DNA of 33,701 nucleotides from an uncultured Rickettsiales bacterium. Lineage in GTDB: Bacteria > Pseudomonadota > Alphaproteobacteria > Rickettsiales > JABCZZ01. Below, piece after piece: positions 7,805 to 14,875 of this stretch (its first letter is position 1; each line of letters begins with the position of its first letter). Below the pieces are notes generated by a model. That model ran no database searches and had not been told where the DNA came from. It saw nothing but the letters and a program-made list of their open reading frames with translations. The stretch is taken from NCBI GenBank assembly GCA_964520155.1, contig CAZFOM010000001.1:1-33701 (forward strand), given 5' to 3'. Made by a program: the position numbers and the translations under genes.

Positions 7805-10525
7805 TTATCCTGCCTTCTTGAGTTTGTCGGGCACGACAGGAGTCAGTGCTGCTGTCAGTCGCTCGCGAATCTCCTGCAATTTTCCTTCGTGATACACTTT
7901 CATTCCGAATACGTCTTTTACATAAAACACGTCCACCGCCCGTTCGCCGTAAGTTGAAATGTGCGCGGTGGAAATGGTAAGCCCCAGATCGGATAAGACC
8001 CGCGTGACGCTGTAGAGAAAGCCGATGCGATCCTTGCCGCCCACCTCGATCACCGTATGGTGCGCACTCACTTTGTTTTCGATGAACACACGCGGCGGCA
8101 CCTTGAACGCATCGTAGCGCGAAGGGTAGGGTTTGGCGTGTTTGCTGAATTCTCTTTCAAGGCTCATCTGTCCGCTCAATACCTGTTCAATCACAACCGC
8201 AAGTTTGGCCAGCCGGTCGGGCTTATCAAACGCCCTGCCCTCGGAATCCTGTACCTGAAAGATCTCGACCGCGACCCCGTTTTTGAGCGTAAAAATTTTG
8301 GCGCCCATAATGTTCACATCGCACAGAGCCAGCGCACCGGAAATCTGACTGAAAAGCCCGTGCTGATCGGGTGTGCATAAAATCATGTCGGTGATGGCGC
8401 GAAACCGATCCACCCGCGTATCGAGCTTGAGCGGGAAGGGCAGGGTAGGAAGCTCTTTCACCATGCGGGCGATGCGCGCATGGGCTTCGCCGTCCAGCCC
8501 TGACCAGAATCCGGTATTGCCGAGTTCCAGATAGTCGTGGATTGCATCGTCACTCCAGGTAGGAAGTGCAGTTTTCATTTCGGCAATCAGTTCCTCGCGC
8601 CGGCGTTTTTCCGAATGGATGTCGCTTGCGCCCATCAGCGATTCGGCGCGGTAATACAGATCGCGCAGCAGCGCTCCTTTCCAGCCATTCCAGATGGTGG
8701 GGCCGACCGCGCGGATGTCGGATACAGTGAGCACCAGCAGCAAGCGCAAACGCTCCGGCGATTGCACCTGCGCGACAAAATCGGCAATGGTTTTGGGATC
8801 GTTGATATCGCGCTTGAATGCCGTATGGCTCATCAACAGATGGTAGCGCACGAGCCACGCCGCGGTTTCGATTTCGTCCTCAGTGCAGGCAAACCGCCGC
8901 GCCATCTTGCGCACGATTTCCTCCCCGAGCGTCGAATGATCGCCGCCGCGGCCTTTGGCGATATCGTGGCACAGCATTGCTAAAAACAGTGCACGGCGCA
9001 TTTTTATCAGTGGAAAAATCTGCGTGGCGAGCGGCAGTTCGGAAGATAGCGTGCCGGTCGAAATCTGGTGCAGAATGCGAATCGCATTGATCGTGTGCTC
9101 ATCCACCGTGAACACATGATACATATCAAACTGCATCTGCCCGATCGTATGCCCGAAATCGGGCAGAAACACACCGAGTAAACCGGTTTCATTCATGCGG
9201 CTGAGTGTCTGATCCGGATTGGTTTTCGACAGCAGAATATCCATGAACAACTGATTCGCGCGCGGATTTTTCATGAGTTTACTGTCGACGAGATCCAGGC
9301 TGCGCGATATAAGCTGCCAGGTCTGCGGATGGATATCGAGCTTGTGATGGTGCGCGATGTGAAACAGCTCGATCAGCTGCACGGGATCCTCTTCAAACAG
9401 CTTCGGATCCGTCACATTCAGACGGTCGCCTTCGACGATAAACGCACCCAGCTCACGCGGTTTTTCCACCAGCGAGCCTTTGGGTTTGCGTTTTTTATGT
9501 TCTTCGAGCACCGCACACAGCGTGCGCGTCAGGTTGCCCACGATCTTCGCCATCTGAAAATAGCGCTTCATGAACCGCTCAACCGCGCGCGAGAGCTTGT
9601 CATCGGTATAGCCCATCTTCTCCGAGATCTGGCGCTGCATGTCGAAGGTGAGGCGTTCTTCGGCACGTCCGGCAAGGTAGTGCAGATGGCAGCGCACATC
9701 CCACAAAAATCGCTCGGCACGGTGATAGGCCGATAACTCTTCTTTGGTCAGAAATTTAAGCGTCACCAGATCTTCGACCGACTCGATATGATAGATATAA
9801 CGCGCGATCCAGTACAGCGTATGCAGGTCACGCAACCCGCCTTTACCCTCTTTGATGTTGGGTTCGAGTACATAGCGTGAATCGCCCGCTTTTTTGTGCC
9901 GCTCATCTCGCTCGGCCAGTTTTTTCTCCACGAACTCCATCGCGCTTTCCTGTTCGATCGCAGCAAAGAACTGCTGATGAAATTCCGCAAATAACGATTT
10001 CGATCCGCAGACAAAGCGCGCATCGAGCAAGGCGGTTTTGATGGTCACGTCTTGCCGTGCGAGCGTGAGCGATTCCTCGATGCTGCGCAGGCTGAATCCG
10101 ACCGTTAGTCCCAAATCCCACAGGCAGTGGGTGAGAAATCCCGACACGGCTTCTGCTTGTTCACGCTGTGTGGGCTGGTAGAGCAGGCAAATATCAATAT
10201 CGGAATGCGGGAACAATTCTTTGCGCCCGTAGCCGCCACTAGCGAAAAGCGACAGCTTGCATCCGGCATCGAGCGCGTGGTGAGTTCGCGCGGTTGTGTA
10301 AATCGTGTCGAGCACGGCATCCAGAATGCGCGCCAGATCCCGCACCAGTGACGCGGCGGTGCCGCCGGAAAGAAACTGCTCCCTTCGCTCGCACCGTGCC
10401 GATTCCAGAAGCGGCCTGAGCGCCGCAACCAGCGCACGCTGGCGCGCATCGGTGGGCAGCTGGGGTTCCATCACCCTTGCCGCTGCGTTTTTTAGGGTCG
10501 CCTGTATATCCGAAAGTCTTGCCAC
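7805..10525 (-). CDS. glnD: [Protein-PII] uridylyltransferase/uridylyl-removing enzyme GlnD
   Basis: 906 aa. Nucleotidyltransferase motif ASGGYGRKELFPHSDIDI, HD domain LCHDIAKGRGGDH, and two C-terminal ACT-like segments. The listed start is GTG 10525; ATG 10471 is an alternative. Confidence 0.9.
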   Translation of the reverse strand: MARLSDIQATLKNAAARVMEPQLPTDARQRALVAALRPLLESARCERREQFLSGGTAASLVRDLARILDAVLDTIYTTARTHHALDAGCKLSLFASGGYGRKELFPHSDIDICLLYQPTQREQAEAVSGFLTHCLWDLGLTVGFSLRSIEESLTLARQDVTIKTALLDARFVCGSKSLFAEFHQQFFAAIEQESAMEFVEKKLAERDERHKKAGDSRYVLEPNIKEGKGGLRDLHTLYWIARYIYHIESVEDLVTLKFLTKEELSAYHRAERFLWDVRCHLHYLAGRAEERLTFDMQRQISEKMGYTDDKLSRAVERFMKRYFQMAKIVGNLTRTLCAVLEEHKKRKPKGSLVEKPRELGAFIVEGDRLNVTDPKLFEEDPVQLIELFHIAHHHKLDIHPQTWQLISRSLDLVDSKLMKNPRANQLFMDILLSKTNPDQTLSRMNETGLLGVFLPDFGHTIGQMQFDMYHVFTVDEHTINAIRILHQISTGTLSSELPLATQIFPLIKMRRALFLAMLCHDIAKGRGGDHSTLGEEIVRKMARRFACTEDEIETAAWLVRYHLLMSHTAFKRDINDPKTIADFVAQVQSPERLRLLLVLTVSDIRAVGPTIWNGWKGALLRDLYYRAESLMGASDIHSEKRRREELIAEMKTALPTWSDDAIHDYLELGNTGFWSGLDGEAHARIARMVKELPTLPFPLKLDTRVDRFRAITDMILCTPDQHGLFSQISGALALCDVNIMGAKIFTLKNGVAVEIFQVQDSEGRAFDKPDRLAKLAVVIEQVLSGQMSLEREFSKHAKPYPSRYDAFKVPPRVFIENKVSAHHTVIEVGGKDRIGFLYSVTRVLSDLGLTISTAHISTYGERAVDVFYVKDVFGMKVYHEGKLQEIRERLTAALTPVVPDKLKKAG

Positions 10526-10546
10526 CGCTACTCTTCTTCGTTACTC

Positions 10547-11488
10547 ATGCACATTCTATACCCTCACTATACGCGCGTCATGGCACTTCCATCAACTGCA
10601 AAACCGCTGCACGGCTGCTTATATATGCTGCTGGCCATGTTCTGTTTTTCCGCCATGAACAACCTGATCCGACTCGCCTCCGAAGACCTCCACTCCACCC
10701 AGATCGTGCTGCTGCGCAATCTGTTCAGCGTGTTGATTTTTGTGCCCTGGCTGCTGCGCGAGGGGCTGGGGGTGCTCAAAACCGAGCGGCTGAGCGGCCA
10801 TTTCTGGCGCGCGGCGCTTGGTAGCATTTCCATGCAGATGTGGTTTTACTCGCTCGCGCACATGAATCTCGCACAGGCCACGGCGCTTAATTTCACCACC
10901 CCGATTTTCGTCGTGCTCATCGCGGTATTTTTCCTCAAGGAAAAAGCGAATATCTGGCAATGGCTGGGGGTGGGAATCGGGTTTGTCGGCACGCTCGTCA
11001 TCATTCAGCCTGGCCATGCTCCGGTCGATCATCTCGTGTTCATGGTGCTTGCCTCGTCGGCGATCATGGCCATCGTGAGTGTGTTGGTTAAAACGCTCAC
11101 GCAAACGGAAAAATCGGCGTTGATTGTGTTCTACATGGCGTTGTTCATGACGCCCTTGTCTGTGCCGCCCGCGATCCCGTTTTGGAAACCGATCCCGTTT
11201 GATACGGGGCTGGTGATTTTTGCGGTGGCGCTGCTATCCACCATCGCGCACTATGCCATGACCATGGCGTACCGGAATGCGGATATGGTCGTGCTCATGC
11301 CCATTGATTTCGTGCGCCTGCTCTTCACCTCCGTCTTTGCCTATTATCTGTTTGATCAGACACTCGGGATCCATACACTCACCGGTGCGGCGCTCATCGT
11401 TATCGGCGTGATCATCGGTACCGGCCTGCACGATAAGTGGCTGCTCGCCCGCATCCGCTATGTGGGTAAAACCGACGCCAAAGAATAG
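10547..11488 (+). CDS. EamA/DMT-family permease
   Basis: About 10 hydrophobic helices in two EamA-like halves (LYMLLAMFCFSAMNNLIRL...; ...GVGIGFVGTLVIIQP...). Divergent from glnD. The start is uncertain (ATG 10547 or ATG 10580). Confidence 0.8.
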   Translation: MHILYPHYTRVMALPSTAKPLHGCLYMLLAMFCFSAMNNLIRLASEDLHSTQIVLLRNLFSVLIFVPWLLREGLGVLKTERLSGHFWRAALGSISMQMWFYSLAHMNLAQATALNFTTPIFVVLIAVFFLKEKANIWQWLGVGIGFVGTLVIIQPGHAPVDHLVFMVLASSAIMAIVSVLVKTLTQTEKSALIVFYMALFMTPLSVPPAIPFWKPIPFDTGLVIFAVALLSTIAHYAMTMAYRNADMVVLMPIDFVRLLFTSVFAYYLFDQTLGIHTLTGAALIVIGVIIGTGLHDKWLLARIRYVGKTDAKE

Positions 11489-11512
11489 CTTCCATGTAGG
11501 GTATGTCATCCG

Positions 11513-11645
11513 TTACTACTAAGGCTTGCTGCAAACAGTATTTTTCTGCGCTTCCGTTACGCATGTACTATATGTACACTTGCGTTACGGTTCTCGAAAA
11601 ACGCTGTTTTCGCCTCGCCTTAGCGTAACTGATCACACACCCTAG
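11513..11645 (+). repeat. ~130-bp palindromic intergenic repeat, copy B
   Basis: Second copy of the element at 6087-6218, in the same orientation. Like copy A it starts within 14-25 nt of the stop of a plus-strand gene. Central dyad is ccgttacgcatgtac-tata-tgtacacttgcgttacgg. Confidence 0.7.
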
Positions 11646-11678
11646 CATTATCGGATGGAAGCACTATAGTGTAGCGCT

Positions 11679-12518
11679 ATGATTGTGACCCAAACCCACT
11701 CTGCAAACCTGACTGACTGGCTTCATACACTCTGGCAGAAACGCAGCCTGCTGTTTCAACTCACCAAGCGCGATGTGGCGGGGCGCTATCGTGGCTCAGC
11801 ATTGGGGTTGACATGGACGTTGCTGAACCCGCTGCTGCTGCTTGCGGTGTATACGTTTGTGTTCACGGTGGTGTTCAAGGCGCGCTGGGGAGCGATCCCG
11901 ATGTCGAGCGCGCAGGATACGGGGATGTTTGCGATCATTTTATTTACCGGACTTATGCTGCACATGCTGGTGGCCGAATGCCTGGTGCGCGCGCCTTCGA
12001 TCATTTTACACAATGAAAATCTCGTCAAAAAAGTGATTTTTCCGCTGGAGTTGTTTCCGGTGATGCTACTTGCATCGGCCTTGTTTCATCAGGCGATGGT
12101 ATTTGTCATTCTGCTGGTAGCAATCGTAGTGGTCACCGGCCATCTCAACGAAACCATCCTCTATCTTCCACTGATCTGGTTACCTTTCTGGTGCCTGCTG
12201 CTCGGGCTTACGTATATAGTGGCGTCTCTCGGAGTCTATCTGCGCGATATCGGTCAGATCATGCAACTCTTTATCACCGTGCTGCTGTTTATCAGTCCGG
12301 TGTTTTACCCAATCGAGGTTCTGCCGGTTGAGTATCAGCGCTTCATGCTCATCAATCCGCTTACCACCGTGATCGAGCAGACGCGGGATGTGCTGTTGTG
12401 GGGACGCGCACCGCACTGGAACCACCTTTCGATCTTCGCTGGTATTTCGCTTCTCACCCTGATGATCGGGATCTTCTGGTTCCAGAAAACACGCAAAGGA
12501 TTTGCGGATGTCCTCTGA
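11679..12518 (+). CDS. wzm: ABC-2 type polysaccharide export permease (Wzm/TagG/KpsM-like)
   Basis: 279 aa with six hydrophobic helices. N-terminal block LLFQLTKRDVAGRYRGSALGLTWTLLNPLL is typical of ABC-2 permeases. It overlaps the following ATPase gene by 17 nt. Confidence 0.8.
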   Translation: MIVTQTHSANLTDWLHTLWQKRSLLFQLTKRDVAGRYRGSALGLTWTLLNPLLLLAVYTFVFTVVFKARWGAIPMSSAQDTGMFAIILFTGLMLHMLVAECLVRAPSIILHNENLVKKVIFPLELFPVMLLASALFHQAMVFVILLVAIVVVTGHLNETILYLPLIWLPFWCLLLGLTYIVASLGVYLRDIGQIMQLFITVLLFISPVFYPIEVLPVEYQRFMLINPLTTVIEQTRDVLLWGRAPHWNHLSIFAGISLLTLMIGIFWFQKTRKGFADVL

Positions 12519-13812
12519 CGCGATGATCTCACTGGACGGCGTGAGCAAAACCTATCTGCTGTATCCGTCGCCTGCCTCGCGCCTGAAACAATTTCTGTTT
12601 CGCGGACTCAAAAATTATTATCGACCCGTTGAAGCGCTGAAACCGCTCTCTCTTACACTGCATAAAGGCGAAACGGTGGGAATCGTAGGACGCAACGGCT
12701 CGGGCAAATCTACCCTTTTGCAATTGATCTGCGGTACGCTTGCAACCACCACCGGAGAGATTCAGGTGCATGGGCGCGTGGCGGCGCTGCTCGAGCTTGG
12801 CGCCGGATTCAACATGGAATTTTCCGGCCGCGAAAATATCTATCTGAATGGCAGCGTGATGGGGCTCACGCACGAGCAGATCAAAGCCAAGGAGTCTCAG
12901 ATCGAACAATTCGCGGCGATCGGTCATTTCATCGAGCAACCCGTGAAAACCTATTCGAGCGGAATGATCGTTCGTCTTGCTTTTGCGATCGCCACCGCGG
13001 TGGATCCGGATATTCTGATTGTCGATGAAGCACTCGCGGTGGGGGATGAAGCGTTCCAGCGTAAATGCTATGCGCGCATCCGCGACATGCAGCGTAACGG
13101 GGCGACCATCCTGTTTGTCTCGCACGCGTCACAGGCGATTGTCGATTTATGTGATCGCGCGCTTCTGATTGATCGCGGCGAGCTGCTGATGGATGCAACG
13201 CCCAAGCAGGTCATCACCGCGTACCATAAACTCATTTATGCTTCACCCGATAAGGAACCTGAAATTCGAGAATCCTTACGCAAAGGCGCGTGGGAACATG
13301 AAGCCGCCTCATCGCCTGCCGAGCAGGGCGCGCGTTTGAGCGAATCTATGACCGAATATCCCAAACGCGGCGGCGAGATTTCATCACCGATGCTACTCGA
13401 TGGGCAGGGACGTGCGGTGAGTGTGTTTGAGCAGGGAAAGAGCTACCAATTCCGCTACCGCTTTACCCGCACGACCGAAGCAGAAAGACTGCGTTTTGGT
13501 ATGTTCATCAAAACCCGAACCGGTGTGGAGCTGGGCGGTGCGGTGCACGAAATTGACGCGCTCCCGCTCCATCAACCCGTCTGGATGCAGTTTACCTTCA
13601 CCGCGAATATGTTGCCTGGAACCTATTTCATCAGTTGCGGCGTGACCGGATATGTCGGCGGCGAAGAACTGTATCTGCACCGCTTGGTGGATGCGCTCGA
13701 AATGCGGGTGATGAACCCATCGAGTCGAAACGCGCATGGGCTGCTGAATGCAGGGCTTGTGGATTTCGACTTTCGTGCCGTGCTCAACACATCGGAAGAA
13801 CGTGCCGCATGA
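12502..13812 (+). CDS. wzt: Polysaccharide ABC exporter ATPase (Wzt/TagH-like) with a C-terminal extension
   Basis: Walker A GRNGSGKST, signature YSSGM, Walker B ILIVDEAL. After the NBD (ending around residue 250) comes a beta-rich C-terminal extension of about 185 aa (...YQFRYRFTRT...MFIKTRTGVELGG...FTFTANMLPGTYFISCGV...). It resembles the Wzt C-terminal glycan-binding module. The start could be ATG 12502, 12508 or 12523. Confidence 0.85.
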   Translation: MRMSSDAMISLDGVSKTYLLYPSPASRLKQFLFRGLKNYYRPVEALKPLSLTLHKGETVGIVGRNGSGKSTLLQLICGTLATTTGEIQVHGRVAALLELGAGFNMEFSGRENIYLNGSVMGLTHEQIKAKESQIEQFAAIGHFIEQPVKTYSSGMIVRLAFAIATAVDPDILIVDEALAVGDEAFQRKCYARIRDMQRNGATILFVSHASQAIVDLCDRALLIDRGELLMDATPKQVITAYHKLIYASPDKEPEIRESLRKGAWEHEAASSPAEQGARLSESMTEYPKRGGEISSPMLLDGQGRAVSVFEQGKSYQFRYRFTRTTEAERLRFGMFIKTRTGVELGGAVHEIDALPLHQPVWMQFTFTANMLPGTYFISCGVTGYVGGEELYLHRLVDALEMRVMNPSSRNAHGLLNAGLVDFDFRAVLNTSEERAA

Positions 13813-14504
13813 GTTCCGATCCTAGTAGCTATTATGACCCGCAGGCAGTGGCACAAACGGTGGCGCGTGGAGAACACCGCGAAGCGATCGGTGGCATGTG
13901 GGAAGAAATCGGCGCACTGCAGATGCAGTTTCTTATCCGCGAGGGACTGAAGCCGCATCATCGTTTGCTCGATGTCGGATGCGGTTCGCTGCGCCTCGGT
14001 GTGAAAGCGATTTCGTATCTCGACCATGAGCACTATTACGGTCTCGATATATCCGAAGATCTGGTGAAAGCGGGATACGATAAAGAATTATCTTCTGAAC
14101 AACGCGCAAAATTTCCGTGGCGTAACGTCGCAATTTCGGATGCGTTCGATGTCAGTACATTTGCGGTGGAATTCGATATGGCGATTGCACAATCGGTATT
14201 TACCCATCTGCCGCTCAACCATATTCGCCGGTGCCTTGCGATGATTGCGCCGAAACTCAAACGCGGCGCGCATTTCTATGCGACTGCCTGGATGGTGCCC
14301 GATGCTCATCCGCTGCACGAACCTTATACGCAAAACGCTATGCTCGGCGAGCATTCCATCACAACGTATGATACACACGACCCGTATCACTATCATATGC
14401 GTGATCTATTGTTTGCGGCTGAGAATCTGCCGTATCAGGTGCATGTGATCGGTGCGTGGGGACATCCGCGTCACCAGTCGATGCTGCGGTTTGAGAAACG
14501 ATAA
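13809..14504 (+). CDS. Class I SAM-dependent methyltransferase
   Basis: ATG 13809 overlaps the wzt stop (ATGA at 13809-13812). Motif I is LLDVGCGSLRLG, with an acidic post-I residue in YYGLDIS. The listed ORF start at 13635 lies inside wzt in another frame. Confidence 0.75.
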   Translation: MSSDPSSYYDPQAVAQTVARGEHREAIGGMWEEIGALQMQFLIREGLKPHHRLLDVGCGSLRLGVKAISYLDHEHYYGLDISEDLVKAGYDKELSSEQRAKFPWRNVAISDAFDVSTFAVEFDMAIAQSVFTHLPLNHIRRCLAMIAPKLKRGAHFYATAWMVPDAHPLHEPYTQNAMLGEHSITTYDTHDPYHYHMRDLLFAAENLPYQVHVIGAWGHPRHQSMLRFEKR

Positions 14505-14762
14505 CCTCTCTGCTAGACAGGCATATTCGCTAACGAATTTTTAATGATATCACATGCTTCGAAGTACTCTAAATTTCTATTAATTCCGTGCTGTGATTTT
14601 TTCGCAACAAACGCGACAAGTTAGAAACACAATGCGATGTAGTCCGCAGAATTACTAAGCAATTCCATGGTTAATAATGCGTTAAATTTTATGATTGCAA
14701 TTAATCCGTCGAAAAACACTCGCAGTTACGCACAGCGCAAAACATTTCGATACTTTTTTCAC

Positions 14763-14790
14763 TTGCAATTGCATCATGCGAGCATATTAA
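14763..14790 (+). promoter_or_regulatory. Candidate sigma70-type promoter for the RTX surface-protein gene
   Basis: TTGCAA (14763-14768), a 16-nt spacer, then TATTAA (14785-14790), inside a 371-bp AT-rich intergenic region. It would give a 5' UTR of about 80 nt. Pattern match only. Confidence 0.3.
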
Positions 14791-14875
14791 TGAGTCCCAT
14801 TTCAGGGATGTTTCTAGAAACACTTCCAAAGAATTTGTCTATTAACCAAAGCTAACTAACAAAGAGGTTTTTCAC

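Noticed and set aside
13635-13808. Upstream extension of the methyltransferase ORF (listed start 13635).
   Set aside because: It lies within the wzt coding region in another frame. ATG 13809 overlaps the wzt stop and begins the recognisable methyltransferase sequence.
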